Positions 18,709 through 28,818 of a stretch of DNA of 64,000 nt are shown here, piece by piece. The position numbers and the translations under genes were made by a program. The notes beneath the pieces were generated by a model that saw only the letters and a program-made list of their open reading frames with translations, made no database searches and had not been told where the DNA came from. Numbering within the stretch: position 1 is the first letter of the stretch; each line of letters begins with the position of its first letter. This stretch comes from a virus: IMG/VR virus record IMGVR_UViG_3300016471_001132, positions 64,001 through 128,000 of that record; one strand, written 5' to 3'.

Positions 18709-21700
18709 CAGTACACTCCTGTGCCGCTGATCACCCAGGTATCGGTCGCCACTTTCATCACTGACGCCAACCCATATGCACCTACCACGCGATTGCCTGT
18801 GGTTGAACTACCTGCCATGTATAATGACACACCTGTATCAGCGTTGACCAACACATTACCGGCGGCATTTACTACTACGGTCAGGGTAGCACCAGTGGGG
18901 AAGGCCACGTTGGTGTTGGTGGGTATCAGTAGACTGAGATTGCCCGCAGTGGTAGAGTAAAAGTGCTTGCCAGCATCTGAGATGGCAGCCGTGGCGTTGG
19001 CACTAAATGCGACCTGTGGAATATCTCTGTAGCCGATGGCAGCGCCCACTCCAGCAGGCGAATTGGCCAAGTCCATGTACAACCCGCGGGTGCTGCCGCC
19101 ACCTTCAAAGAATCTCAGCCGATCACCATAGCTGTCGATCACTACGATGTTGCCGCTCAGTGTGGTGTTGGCAGCAGCCGGCAATGACAGGTTGATCTCG
19201 CCACCTTCGATACCGCTTTGATTGGAACTGATCAGCACATCACCGGTGATGGTGCCGGAAATGTTGGCACCCACTGCATTCAAATATCCACCAAGGCCAG
19301 TTATCTGATTGATATCAATATTGCCAGCATTGGCAGTGATGCCGCTGACTGTGTCTACCAACAAACCGTCTACAGTAAGTTGATTTTCTATATTGACATT
19401 GCCTAAAATCTCCACTTCACCATCGGCATAGAGATTGCTGATGATGTTGCCAGTGACATTGATATCAACGATATTCAGGCTGTCAGCGTTGACATTACCC
19501 GAGAGATTGGCGCCGACAGCGTTGAGCCAGCCACCCAATCCAGTGATTTGGTTGATATTCACATTGCCTGCGTTGGCAGTGATCCCTGTGACGGTATCTA
19601 TCAAAAGGCCGCTGGCTTTGACATTGCCAGAAAACCAGCCATCTCTAAAATTATTTGTACTGTTACCCAGGTCCACAGCGGTGTAACCTGTGACAGGATA
19701 GATCATTCCTTGCACAGAGATCGTACCATCGGCCAGGAATCTTGTTTCTCTGGTGGCACCCGCGTTGTTAGCGAAGATTGTTACCATGCTGGCAGCATAG
19801 ATATCTACACCATCGTTGCCAGCACCATCTCCATAGAACAGGATACCGTTGAGCTCGGCCGCGTCGCTGTACATGGTTATGGTATTGGCTGCAGAACTGA
19901 TATATCCTGTGCCGCCAGGAACCCATAGTTCACCGTTGACATCAAATGTCCAATTGTAAGCACCTGAACTAGTAGTTACAGTGACATTGTCTCTTGTGAC
20001 AGTGACGTTACTACGCTTGATGTCACTGTTGTCTTGTGTCATCATTTCAACAAAACTTGAATCACTGACGCTTCTCGCTATGATACTGATATTGCTCGAT
20101 GCGTCAGTCCACACAGCGGCATTGGCGGGTAATACTAAAGTTCCATTGTCGTTGAATTGATAATAAACCGATGACGCTGGAAATCCCAGTTCAAACTGAT
20201 CTCGTTGCTGTTGGTATTGTGACAATACTGTGCCGGAACCATCGTCGACGTTTAGGTAGACAGAAAAACCATCATCGTCGCCATCTTGAACTAGAATGGT
20301 AAAATCTTCATCAACGGTTTGAGCTATGCCACCGGCGACGAAGTTGAGATCACCTCCTGCAGGCAAGATGAGATTACCAGTGGTGTCAAATGTCCAGTTC
20401 TGTCCTGTGTTGTCACTGTCGGTGTATAAGGATATATTGCTGTTGGCATAAATCTCGGCATCACCGGTGTTGTTCAACAACACACCTGTTAGGTCTCCGG
20501 TACCAGCACTGACTCTTATGGTGTTGGCTGAAGCACTGATCGCACTGTTGCCGGGCAGGGTGACTGCACCTTCAGTGTCAAACACCCAACTCTGAGTGTT
20601 GGCAGTGACAGTAAGATTGCCGTTTCCTGTTCCTACTATATCATCGGTATAGACGTTGCCCGACACGTTGAGATTCACAGGAACGGATAGGTCTCCAAAC
20701 TGACCAAAAGTAAAGGTATACGTTGCTCCATTGGCGTTGGCAGTGTCGATGGTAAAATCGTTGTCCATGCCACCAAATACGGAAGTCTGGCTGGCAGGAA
20801 ATGTCAAGGTGCCACTATTAGTAAAATCCCATTCATAAGTGGGATTGCCGTTGGTGGTGTCTCCAGCACCGATCTCCACATTGCCGGCATCGTTGTGCAG
20901 GCGTGTGTTGGTGACGTTGGCTGTGTCGTTGGTGGGCACTTGCAAGAACGCATAACTTTCGCCCGACGGACTGATGTAGACATCTGTGTCCGGGGCACCG
21001 GGCTTGATAGTGATGGTGGCTGACAGGATCTCAAGGTTGGCGATGTTGGCCTCGTTATCAGAGGTCGTGACCACTTCAGCACCGTTGACTGTGAGTATGT
21101 TACCTGCAGCCATACCCAAAGGCACACCACCGATGTATATGGTGTTGTTGGCCACCCAGAGGTTTGACCAGTAGTTGGTAGCGTTGCCCAGGCTGTAGAC
21201 TGCATTGGCAGCGGGTATGATGTTGCCGGCCCAGCCTGCCTGCCCATAGGCCACTGCATTGGCGTTGGCGTAACTAGTGATACCAGTAAGCAGGCTACCA
21301 TTACCAAAGAAATAATTGGCCGTGATGTTGCCCGAAACATTAGCACCAATATTGGTAATCCAAGTATTGCTGGTGCTGTTGAAAAGGAAAGTGGCTATGG
21401 CATCGTTAGCGCCCACAGTTACACCAGCGCCATTGGCAGAGGAAGCATTGGCTGCTGTGTTAGCCAACTGCACAGTGAGCGTATCCGTGGTGATGTTACC
21501 GATCTGTATAGTATCACCTTCCACAGTGAGATTGCCGCCTATGGTAGCATCTCCAGTCACTGTCAGCGTTTCGGGCAGCAATTCATCGATGTAGGCTCGG
21601 CGCCAGCTCTGAGCTGAACTGCCCAGATCTCTGGTACTGGTAGAATTGGGCAGGACGGAAGCATTGGCCTGGATAATCCCCGTACCGTTGGGCTTGAGTA

Positions 21701-21896
21701 TGAGGTTGCCGTTGGTGTTGTTGGTCTGGATGGTGTTGTTGCTGATGGTTATGTTGCTGCCCACAGGGCCTGCTAACCAGACGTTGTCGAAGTTCTCATC
21801 GGTTTTGATAAACGCGGTGCGTAACGGGTCGCCGGTGCCATCGTTGGCAGTGGCGCCGTAGTTTATGATCTGTTGGGTGTTTCCGGTATTAGCCAT
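18708..21896 (-). CDS. Long tail fibre protein
   Basis: gp9/10-like N-terminus (ANDGTGDPLRTAF); repeated (W/Y)xFxxxGxLxLP modules; 1062 aa; TAAATA 21920-21925. Confidence 0.75.
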   Translation of the reverse strand: MANTGNTQQIINYGATANDGTGDPLRTAFIKTDENFDNVWLAGPVGSNITISNNTIQTNNTNGNLILKPNGTGIIQANASVLPNSTSTRDLGSSAQSWRRAYIDELLPETLTVTGDATIGGNLTVEGDTIQIGNITTDTLTVQLANTAANASSANGAGVTVGANDAIATFLFNSTSNTWITNIGANVSGNITANYFFGNGSLLTGITSYANANAVAYGQAGWAGNIIPAANAVYSLGNATNYWSNLWVANNTIYIGGVPLGMAAGNILTVNGAEVVTTSDNEANIANLEILSATITIKPGAPDTDVYISPSGESYAFLQVPTNDTANVTNTRLHNDAGNVEIGAGDTTNGNPTYEWDFTNSGTLTFPASQTSVFGGMDNDFTIDTANANGATYTFTFGQFGDLSVPVNLNVSGNVYTDDIVGTGNGNLTVTANTQSWVFDTEGAVTLPGNSAISASANTIRVSAGTGDLTGVLLNNTGDAEIYANSNISLYTDSDNTGQNWTFDTTGNLILPAGGDLNFVAGGIAQTVDEDFTILVQDGDDDGFSVYLNVDDGSGTVLSQYQQQRDQFELGFPASSVYYQFNDNGTLVLPANAAVWTDASSNISIIARSVSDSSFVEMMTQDNSDIKRSNVTVTRDNVTVTTSSGAYNWTFDVNGELWVPGGTGYISSAANTITMYSDAAELNGILFYGDGAGNDGVDIYAASMVTIFANNAGATRETRFLADGTISVQGMIYPVTGYTAVDLGNSTNNFRDGWFSGNVKASGLLIDTVTGITANAGNVNINQITGLGGWLNAVGANLSGNVNADSLNIVDINVTGNIISNLYADGEVEILGNVNIENQLTVDGLLVDTVSGITANAGNIDINQITGLGGYLNAVGANISGTITGDVLISSNQSGIEGGEINLSLPAAANTTLSGNIVVIDSYGDRLRFFEGGGSTRGLYMDLANSPAGVGAAIGYRDIPQVAFSANATAAISDAGKHFYSTTAGNLSLLIPTNTNVAFPTGATLTVVVNAAGNVLVNADTGVSLYMAGSSTTGNRVVGAYGLASVMKVATDTWVISGTGVY

Positions 21897-21940
21897 CTAC
21901 TGTGTCCTTGGGGTCACAGTATTTACCGGATTGTGTGCTA

Positions 21941-22255
21941 TCAGTAGGGGCTGAAACTTGATCCGCAACCACAGGAAGTCTGTGCGTTGGGATTGTCTAT
22001 GACGAAATTGGCACCCATGGCATCTTCTCGATAGTCTATTTTGGCACCGGTCATGTATTGCATGCTCATAGAGTCCACCAAGATTCCATCCACCTCGAAA
22101 TCGTCTTCGTTAGTGATTTCATCCAGTGTAAACCCATACTGCATGCCCGAACATCCGCCACCTTGCACAAATGCTCGAATTCGTAATGTAGGGTTATTTT
22201 CTTCTGCCAATATGTCGGCGATTTTGAGTTTGGCCGATTCAGTGATGGTAATCAT
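21941..22255 (-). CDS. erpA: A-type Fe-S carrier protein (ErpA/IscA/HesB)
   Basis: [11 protein letters not shown] and CGCGSSF motifs; ATGA overlap with the SOD stop. Confidence 0.9.
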   Translation of the reverse strand: MITITESAKLKIADILAEENNPTLRIRAFVQGGGCSGMQYGFTLDEITNEDDFEVDGILVDSMSMQYMTGAKIDYREDAMGANFVIDNPNAQTSCGCGSSFSPY

Positions 22256-22794
22256 AGTCTTTCGTTGCACACATCCCAGTCGATGATGCGCCAGATATTA
22301 TCAAGATACTTTTCTTTGTCCCATTGGTAGTCAGTGGCCCAAACGTGCTCCCACCAATCAATAAGCACGCAGATATCTGTCCTGACTGCATGATTTTTTA
22401 TGGTCTTGATCTCGCCCCCTGTGGATAGATATACCCACCCTGATCCTTGTATCTTCATGGCTACCTCTTTGACAGCATCTTTGAAATCATCAAAGTTACC
22501 AAACTTGTCTTCGATCAAGGCAAGCACAGCGCCGCGGGGCAGATTACGGCCTTTGGGTGGTCTAAGTTGTGGGAAGAACTTGTTGTGCAGGAAACTGCCG
22601 GCGCGGTTGAAGTCGGCATCTCCTTCGCCGGCATTGTAGCGTTTGGCATAACCTTTGGCCAAGTGCTCATAATGATAGTTGATGCTGTCTCGGCTGAGCA
22701 CAGGATCTAACGCATCCTCGGCATAGGGCAAGGGGGTAGTTTCCAGTTTCTTTTCTCGAGTAGTAGCCTCGATGAGATCTATATGTTCGCGCAT
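22252..22794 (-). CDS. sod: Fe/Mn superoxide dismutase with an extra N-terminal leader
   Basis: LPY..DAL.P, metal ligands H (YH), H (FLHN), DWWEH; TAAATA 22800-22805. Confidence 0.9.
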   Translation of the reverse strand: MREHIDLIEATTREKKLETTPLPYAEDALDPVLSRDSINYHYEHLAKGYAKRYNAGEGDADFNRAGSFLHNKFFPQLRPPKGRNLPRGAVLALIEDKFGNFDDFKDAVKEVAMKIQGSGWVYLSTGGEIKTIKNHAVRTDICVLIDWWEHVWATDYQWDKEKYLDNIWRIIDWDVCNERL

Positions 22795-22802
22795 AAACAT
22801 AT

Positions 22803-23021
22803 TTATTTCCGGCGGGTGATACGCCCACGAGTGACATCATAAGGAGAGAATTCTATCTCTACCCTATCGCCCAGCAATATCTTGATGTTGTGCTGTCGCA
22901 TCTTGCCCGAGATCACTCCCAGCACCACATTTTCAGTATCGTCTATCCGTACACGGAATGTTGCGTTGGGCAGTATCTCTACTACCTCGCCTTCCATCTT
23001 AAAACCTTCTTCTTTAGCCAA
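22803..23021 (-). CDS. infA: Translation initiation factor IF-1
   Basis: [17 protein letters not shown]...ISGKMR...I.IL.GDRV.IEFSPYD..RGRI. Confidence 0.95.
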   Translation of the reverse strand: MAKEEGFKMEGEVVEILPNATFRVRIDDTENVVLGVISGKMRQHNIKILLGDRVEIEFSPYDVTRGRITRRK

Positions 23022-23358
23022 GTTCGAAATGGACCTTTTTCAGTCGATCCCAGCGGAAGCTGCGCCAGGCGTTTTGATTCATGTCCCAGACCACGCATAC
23101 ATCAGGGTTGGGTTTTTTGGCAGTTTTATCTTTGTTTTCGTTCACGGTGTACTTAGCACCCAACGACTCATTCAGTGTGCATTTCATGCTACGGAAATCA
23201 CCGTCGGCTTTGACAAAATCTATTGTGACTTCACGCTCGCGCAACAGACCTTGCACCCACTCTTTGAACACCTGCCGTTCTGATTCAGAGGCCTGGCAGT
23301 AATAATTTCCAGGATCTCCACTGATAGATCTCCACACTTGATCTCGTTCAAAACTCAT
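23014..23358 (-). CDS. WYL/SH3-like phage protein
   Basis: FVKADG..R.M.CTL...VWD....WRSFR. Confidence 0.65.
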   Translation of the reverse strand: MSFERDQVWRSISGDPGNYYCQASESERQVFKEWVQGLLREREVTIDFVKADGDFRSMKCTLNESLGAKYTVNENKDKTAKKPNPDVCVVWDMNQNAWRSFRWDRLKKVHFELG

Positions 23359-23609
23359 ATATTTTCCCTTAAGCTCAATTCATTGGGTATGAAAGAGGGC
23401 CAGCCCGTGAGGAACAGCAGGCGGTCCTGTTCGTTGAAAAATTCAAAGTCCATCCAGTCAGCATCCACGTGTGTGCGATATCTGTCACCGGGCAAGCCAA
23501 ACACTTCGACCACAGACGCCAGCTGGAGATTCCAGGTGGTAATGGTATCCCCATGCCGCCAATCGATCCTAGCGCGATAAGTCATAGTTCTATCAGTTTG
23601 GGTTGCCAT
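23355..23609 (-). CDS. Small hypothetical protein (F-x-x-E-x-D-x-x-x-F-L-x-x-W family)
   Basis: C-terminal FEFFNEQDRLLFLTGW. Confidence 0.5.
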   Translation of the reverse strand: MATQTDRTMTYRARIDWRHGDTITTWNLQLASVVEVFGLPGDRYRTHVDADWMDFEFFNEQDRLLFLTGWPSFIPNELSLRENI

Positions 23610-24400
23610 GATTCTGCTCGCGCTTCATATCCGATATAGCCTCGGGGATTGCACACCACGCGAGTGCTTTCGATCTGATAGTCAAAGTCTTCATGGGTGT
23701 GCCCGTGCGTCCAGAGTACGATCTCAGGTCTGTCCAGGATGAATTCTTCGAGATTGCTACGATAGCAACCGTTCATGATCACATCGTTGCGATATTTTGG
23801 GTGTACGCTTTGATCGCTGGGACTATGGTGCCCCACCACGATCACTCGATCACTGCGATCGCCCTGTGCCCTGCGATTGTCGATCACAGTAGATATGTAT
23901 TGCTTCATCTTGTAATGATCTTCCAAAGCATCCTGGGGGATGAACTTCCAGATCCCGCCACTTTTGCCTTTAGCTCGGTAGCCCACGCCTTTGAAGTCGT
24001 TCATCATCGAGCTGGCAGCATGTATAGTGATGGGATCACCACGATTGAAGTCGGTCCACAATGTGCCACCAATGAAAAGATAGTCCCCGATGGTGACAGA
24101 TTCTTTGTCTAGGAGATGGAAATGAGAGTATTCTTTGACAGCGTCGCGGATGAGATTGGCGCTTTCACCGAAGTCACCGTGATAGTGTTCGTGATTGCCC
24201 ATGCACATCACTATGTGGGGAAATTCGTTGGCGATTCTCTTGAAGAAACCATGCACCCTGTCGCCACGCTCATCGGGCCGATCTAGATCTTTAGCTACAA
24301 GGATATCGCCCGACAGGATCAATACATCCACATCGTCTTGATTGCGTAAGTCAAGATCCCCAAACTCCAAGTGAAGATCGCTGGTTACATATAACTTCAT
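23582..24400 (-). CDS. Calcineurin-like metallophosphoesterase
   Basis: SDLH, GD, GNHE, GHH, HGHTH motifs. Confidence 0.9.
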   Translation of the reverse strand: MKLYVTSDLHLEFGDLDLRNQDDVDVLILSGDILVAKDLDRPDERGDRVHGFFKRIANEFPHIVMCMGNHEHYHGDFGESANLIRDAVKEYSHFHLLDKESVTIGDYLFIGGTLWTDFNRGDPITIHAASSMMNDFKGVGYRAKGKSGGIWKFIPQDALEDHYKMKQYISTVIDNRRAQGDRSDRVIVVGHHSPSDQSVHPKYRNDVIMNGCYRSNLEEFILDRPEIVLWTHGHTHEDFDYQIESTRVVCNPRGYIGYEARAESWQPKLIEL

Positions 24401-24666
24401 AATTCCTTTTTTTGATGTTTCATGGCCCGATCCATACGATCCATGAAGTGCTCCATCATAGTCATAGCTTGGTCAAAATCCTGTCGTATATCAGCTTTGG
24501 ATTGGGTATTCTCAGGAACACAGGCAGCACGACCGAATCCTTTATTGGCCGCATTGTATGTCTGCGCGAAACTTTCACACTGCTCCATGGTCTCAAAAAC
24601 AGCAAAACGCTGGGCTGTTCCATTTTGAGCCAGTATCACCAGGACAAATACCATTTGCGCTAACAT
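24397..24666 (-). CDS. Hypothetical protein with a Cys pair
   Basis: F.TMEQC...C pattern; hydrophobic N-terminus. Confidence 0.5.
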   Translation of the reverse strand: MLAQMVFVLVILAQNGTAQRFAVFETMEQCESFAQTYNAANKGFGRAACVPENTQSKADIRQDFDQAMTMMEHFMDRMDRAMKHQKKEL

Positions 24667-24667
24667 A

Positions 24668-25081
24668 TTACCTCCTCATGGTAGCGATGTCTCTGGCTTC
24701 GTCATCGCTGAAGATGGGCACGGCGTTGCTCTTGTGCATGGTGCCGATTCCTTTGATCTTGGTGCCGGTATAGACCTTGGGTGCAGGTGCTGCCGCCACG
24801 CCCACAGTATCGGGCTTGCTGGGTATGTTGGCTGGCTCACGACCCGGCGGATAGAAGGATGCTGTCTGTAAGGGCCGGAAAGCACCACGCGGCATGGGCT
24901 GGCTCTCGACTTTCTTCGTGGAGAATCTAGGAGCCAATTTGTTCCACTGCTGTTGCAATTCTTCCCACTCACGAGCCTCACGCTCAGCCTTTTGCTTGGC
25001 CTCGCTTGACGCCCACTTCTTGTGCGCCTTCTTTGAATACTTGGTAGTGGTCATCCAAGGACCTTCTAGATGCATGGTCAT
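24668..25081 (-). CDS. Conserved phage hypothetical protein
   Basis: C-terminal GIGTMHKSNAVPIF, typical of T4-like phages. Confidence 0.6.
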   Translation of the reverse strand: MTMHLEGPWMTTTKYSKKAHKKWASSEAKQKAEREAREWEELQQQWNKLAPRFSTKKVESQPMPRGAFRPLQTASFYPPGREPANIPSKPDTVGVAAAPAPKVYTGTKIKGIGTMHKSNAVPIFSDDEARDIATMRR

Positions 25082-25154
25082 CGTGGATCCTTCAGTGCGT
25101 CAATTATGACCAGACCGGCGATGAACGTCAGTCCACCTACAATAATCAATTCGG

Positions 25155-25400
25155 TCATCGCAGTTCCTTTTCGTAAGTCATCATCATGCGGGTCAAGGGT
25201 TCCATCTCTTTTATTATCACATCAGGTGATTTTTCGGCCAACTGGTCCAGAGTATAGTCACCGGGATAATGCCGCATCAGACTGTGGGCTCGCTGGCGGA
25301 CTTCGCGTGGCACGCGGGGAGTCTTCTTGGGATCCAATAGATCCAGCAAGAATTGCCGAGTCTGTTGAATAGCGCGATAGCGTTCGTCGGGTAATGTCAT
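25155..25400 (-). CDS. BPSL0761-like phage protein
   Basis: MTLPDER.RA...TP.VP..VR..A..L.RHYP. Confidence 0.6.
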   Translation of the reverse strand: MTLPDERYRAIQQTRQFLLDLLDPKKTPRVPREVRQRAHSLMRHYPGDYTLDQLAEKSPDVIIKEMEPLTRMMMTYEKELR

Positions 25401-25409
25401 TATGCTACT

Positions 25410-25438
25410 ATTATAGCATCGGGCGATTTATTGGTCAA
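25410..25438 (-). promoter_or_regulatory. sigma70 early promoter
   Basis: TTGACC-N17-TATAAT with TG extension. Confidence 0.85.
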
Positions 25439-25875
25439 TCGGAGGGTTTGCCTTCGATCGCATAGGGCCCTTTGCGCGGTGGCGGAGGTTCTGGACGCGG
25501 ACCTTGGATCACTGGCTGATCCAATCTCTGTGCTTTGATCTCAGATTTGGATTTGCCCTTTTTGGGCAGAGGTTTAGGAGGATTTACAAGATTTTCTAAC
25601 CGACCACTGTTCTCTATCACATTGGCGTTGATCTGCACAGTCAAGGTAGTGAGATCTCGTAGATCGCTGTTGATCTTGGTGAAATTTTCTCCCAAGCTGT
25701 CCAGGCGCTTGTCTTGCTGGTTGATGCGGTCTTCCAAGGATGCTATGCGACCCTTGAAATACTGGTTGTCGCTCTTGCGATTTTCTGCCACAGCATACAA
25801 CACCATGCTGGTGCAGAACAAGGCCACTACGCAAGTGACCAGGATAGGGATCCAGTCAGTTTTAGGCTTGTCCAT
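25435..25875 (-). CDS. Membrane-anchored coiled-coil protein with Pro-rich tail
   Basis: N-terminal TM, heptad repeats. Confidence 0.55.
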   Translation of the reverse strand: MDKPKTDWIPILVTCVVALFCTSMVLYAVAENRKSDNQYFKGRIASLEDRINQQDKRLDSLGENFTKINSDLRDLTTLTVQINANVIENSGRLENLVNPPKPLPKKGKSKSEIKAQRLDQPVIQGPRPEPPPPRKGPYAIEGKPSD

Positions 25876-26647
25876 CTCGTGGCATTTGGCACACCGGTAT
25901 TGGCAGCATCTTGTGTAGGTTACGGGCTCTGAGTTGTTGATAGCGTTTCAATTTGGCTCGCTGTTGACGATCCATGCTCATGCGTTCGATATTGTCATCC
26001 ATCAAGGTATCAAGATGCATCATGGTCTCCAGTTCGGGGTAAGTCATGCCCAATTGATCTTCATCGGTGCGGCCGTCGGCCCATAGTCCGTCAGTGGGTG
26101 CCGCATCAATGATTTCTGGGAGTATGCCCAGTTCGCGGCCCATGTCCCACACCTCAGTCTTCATGCAGTCGCCAATGGGCGAAATGTCCACGCCACCGTC
26201 GCCATACTTGGTGAAGAATCCCACACCAAAGTCTTCCACACGGTTACCTGTACCTACCACGATGCCGCCTTCATCCTGTGCGATCTGGTACAGGCACATC
26301 ATCCTCAATCGGCTGCGACTGTTGGCCAGACCCAGTTCCGATGCACCATCCCAGATGCGTTCAAACTGCCGGAATGTTGGCGTGAGATCTACCATGCGGT
26401 GTCGCACATTTTCGAAATTTTCCACCAGCCACTGACCTTGTGCCACGCTGAGGCTGTGTGTCTTTTTGCTCTGGTGTATGGGCATGCTCACGGCGATGGT
26501 AGGCAATCCGGTGCGAGCACACAGGGCCGATACCACTGCGGAATCTATTCCACCGCTGATTCCCACCACAAGAGTCTTGATTTTATTTTTAGTGGCGTAA
26601 CTCCGGATCCACTTTGTTATGTGATTGATTCGTTGCTTTGGTGTCAT
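25862..26647 (-). CDS. nadE: NH3-dependent NAD+ synthetase
   Basis: GISGGIDSAV, N..SRLRM, VGTGN..E...GFFTKYGDGG.D, PTDGLW...TDEDQLG. Confidence 0.92.
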   Translation of the reverse strand: MTPKQRINHITKWIRSYATKNKIKTLVVGISGGIDSAVVSALCARTGLPTIAVSMPIHQSKKTHSLSVAQGQWLVENFENVRHRMVDLTPTFRQFERIWDGASELGLANSRSRLRMMCLYQIAQDEGGIVVGTGNRVEDFGVGFFTKYGDGGVDISPIGDCMKTEVWDMGRELGILPEIIDAAPTDGLWADGRTDEDQLGMTYPELETMMHLDTLMDDNIERMSMDRQQRAKLKRYQQLRARNLHKMLPIPVCQMPRDGQA

Positions 26648-27087
26648 CGTTTCAGTGTGTCCCACATTTTGACTTTGTTTTCGATCTCGGCCAACTTGGC
26701 TCGATACTGATCGCCGATGGCGCGTAGTTCTGCCCACTCGGCTTCCATGCTTTCGTGGGTCTTGAGCAAGCCCAGTCGTTGCTCGATACCGTCTAGGATC
26801 TGCATGAGACTGCGACCGTTGATCTCGATGTCAGCATCTTCGCCTTGGAGCGTGAGTTTACCCGACGGTCTTGTTTCGGTCAATGTGGTATCATCAAGGA
26901 TCCAAGATCCCGATGTACCTGTCGTGGTCCAAGTTGGCCCTGTACCCGACGTGGACCACACTGGCCCATTAATGAAGAGACCGGGATCGACAGTGATAAG
27001 GGGAGGAGTGGGGCCATAGAGAGGGTCATAGCCACCCCCAATCCCACTGACGTTGATGGATACAGAATCGAAATCGTCTTGGCTCAT
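26644..27087 (-). CDS. Conserved phage hypothetical protein
   Basis: ATGA-coupled; C-terminal coiled coil. Confidence 0.55.
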   Translation of the reverse strand: MSQDDFDSVSINVSGIGGGYDPLYGPTPPLITVDPGLFINGPVWSTSGTGPTWTTTGTSGSWILDDTTLTETRPSGKLTLQGEDADIEINGRSLMQILDGIEQRLGLLKTHESMEAEWAELRAIGDQYRAKLAEIENKVKMWDTLKR

Positions 27088-27518
27088 CTTGCGGTCACTG
27101 TGACAGACACCCATTGCCCCGGGTCTCGATCCATGTGCTGCCGGAACTCAGTCTCTCCGATGCGATAATGCACCATGAATCCGTCAGAACGCTGTTCAGT
27201 GACCGCTTCGGGTGTGCATCGTTGTACCTGTACTGGTTGACGACCTACTTGATCACCGATCACAGCACCGGCGATGGCCCCCACACCTGCACCCAGGGTC
27301 CGATCACCGCCTTTGGCCACTTGGCTACCGATCACTCCACCGATGATGGCTCCTGTGATAGGGTTGCCAGATTGTGGTGTCTGTGTCTCATTCACGCATA
27401 CTGACCGCGTGACAATGACTTCTCTATATTGAGGCACGACCTTGGTCACTGGAGCAGTTATCACACCGGCCCAGGTCACAGCAGGCAACAACACAGCACC
27501 AATCAAAAACTGTTTCAT
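27084..27518 (-). CDS. Glycine-zipper 2TM protein (YcfJ-like)
   Basis: Signal peptide, GAIIGGVIGSQV.KG.....GAGVGAIAGAVIG, MDRDPG. Confidence 0.8.
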   Translation of the reverse strand: MKQFLIGAVLLPAVTWAGVITAPVTKVVPQYREVIVTRSVCVNETQTPQSGNPITGAIIGGVIGSQVAKGGDRTLGAGVGAIAGAVIGDQVGRQPVQVQRCTPEAVTEQRSDGFMVHYRIGETEFRQHMDRDPGQWVSVTVTAR

Positions 27519-28186
27519 TTACGGTCTCCAAAGAGTTGTAGCAGGCTCACAAAGATATTGATAAAGTTGATGTACAGGCTGAGGGCGCCAAACCACTGCC
27601 AACGACCGATGTCCGATTCACTGGCATTCCAGAACATGTCTCTGATGCGATTCATGTCATAGGCTGTCAGTCCCAAGAAGATCAGTATGGCTATTACATT
27701 GATGGTCATCTGCAGGGCAGTGCTTTGCACAAACATGCCTACCACGCTGGCCACGATCAAACCGATCACACCCGCAAACAAGAATGGACCGAATCCACTC
27801 AAGTCTCTTTTGGTGAAGTAGCCATAAAAGGCCAAAGCACCAAACGACACAGTGGTACCGACCAAGGCCAACACTATGCTGGCCGAAGTGTACACGGCAA
27901 AAATAAGACTGAGGCTGATGCCCATGACGGAGGCAAAGGCCCAGAACCAGCCCTTGATCGCACTTTCCGACATCGACTCTCCGCGGAAGCCGATATAGAG
28001 ACTCATCAGCAACGGAGCGAAGATCAAGATCCAACCCACCACGCCCGAAAACAGGACTGGAACCAATCCTAGAACATTTACTAGTGCGGCTGCCACTAGG
28101 GTGGCTAGCACGCCACCAAACATACGACCCAGCACTCCGGCCACTGCTGTGTTAAGACTTTCGGCTGCTGAAACATTAAGATTCAT
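27515..28186 (-). CDS. yccA: Bax inhibitor-1 / YccA family membrane protein
   Basis: 7 TMs, YG.FTKRDLS..G, LTAYD, ALSLY.NFIN.F; true start at 28186 after a GAGGAG SD. Confidence 0.9.
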   Translation of the reverse strand: MNLNVSAAESLNTAVAGVLGRMFGGVLATLVAAALVNVLGLVPVLFSGVVGWILIFAPLLMSLYIGFRGESMSESAIKGWFWAFASVMGISLSLIFAVYTSASIVLALVGTTVSFGALAFYGYFTKRDLSGFGPFLFAGVIGLIVASVVGMFVQSTALQMTINVIAILIFLGLTAYDMNRIRDMFWNASESDIGRWQWFGALSLYINFINIFVSLLQLFGDRK

Positions 28187-28358
28187 CTTTTTTCTCCTCT
28201 TTGGGTTCTTCGCCGGGATAGACCAGCCCTTCCATGATCTTTTGATTGAATTCTTCTTCGCTGAGGGCATGCCATCCACAGCAAAATCCAGTGGGACTGC
28301 GGCCACAGCCGCATGGTACTCCACCGTCACGAAACTGATCAGCTCGTACTTGCATCAC
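28176..28358 (-). CDS. CDGSH-type [2Fe-2S] small protein (variant)
   Basis: CGCGRSPTGFCCGWH resembles C-x-C-x2-S-x3-P-x-C-D-G-S-H. Confidence 0.6.
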   Translation of the reverse strand: MMQVRADQFRDGGVPCGCGRSPTGFCCGWHALSEEEFNQKIMEGLVYPGEEPKEEKKDES

Positions 28359-28546
28359 TTCTTCTCTGCCATGGCTTCTTTTTCGGCCGTGATCTCTTTG
28401 CGGCGCTCTTTGATGGCTTTGCTCATTTCTTGTAGAGCTTTGCGAGCACGGGCGGCTGCGGCTTTTACGCCTTTGGCTGTGAACTTCTCGTTTTCCGAGA
28501 TGTAGGTTTCAAATGCTGCTTTGATTGCGTCATGGTTTGCGGACAT
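28355..28546 (-). CDS. Histone H1-like (Hc1-type) small basic protein
   Basis: FETYISENEKF..KGVKAAAARARKAL.E..K..KERRKEI. Confidence 0.7.
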   Translation of the reverse strand: MSANHDAIKAAFETYISENEKFTAKGVKAAAARARKALQEMSKAIKERRKEITAEKEAMAEKK

Positions 28547-28778
28547 AGTCGTTTCCTTTGATGATTAGTAATTCGATACCATCGGCTGCTGCCTTTGGTT
28601 GTTGGGTTTCATAATCTTTCGCATCGATGATGCGAAACTTCTGCTTTCCGAACCAGTTTGTGAACTTCATATCTCGTTCCATCTCTGTATCGGTTTCGTC
28701 GGTACCAGCGGCCAACAAGGCTTCGTGCCAACTCATTTCGACCATCTTGTGCCCAGAAGACACATCAGTGATTTTCAT
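28530..28778 (-). CDS. Hypothetical late protein
   Basis: TAAATA 28784-28789, 5 nt before the ATG. Confidence 0.55.
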   Translation of the reverse strand: MKITDVSSGHKMVEMSWHEALLAAGTDETDTEMERDMKFTNWFGKQKFRIIDAKDYETQQPKAAADGIELLIIKGNDYVRKP

Positions 28779-28818
28779 ATAGTTATTTTATGCTACTTAT
28801 GCAGGTCAGTCAAGGCTT

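Noticed and set aside
11953-21896. Diversity-generating retroelement or invertible tail-fibre cassette
   Set aside because: No reverse transcriptase, no recombinase, no TR/VR pair with A-specific mismatches and no flanking inverted repeats were seen; the fibre duplication differs at all base types.
28187-28330. N-terminal extension of the YccA ORF (271 aa in the track)
   Set aside because: The extension overlaps the CDGSH-like gene in another frame, and a strong SD supports the ATG at 28186. The same logic was used to trim nadE, sleB, aceA and others.
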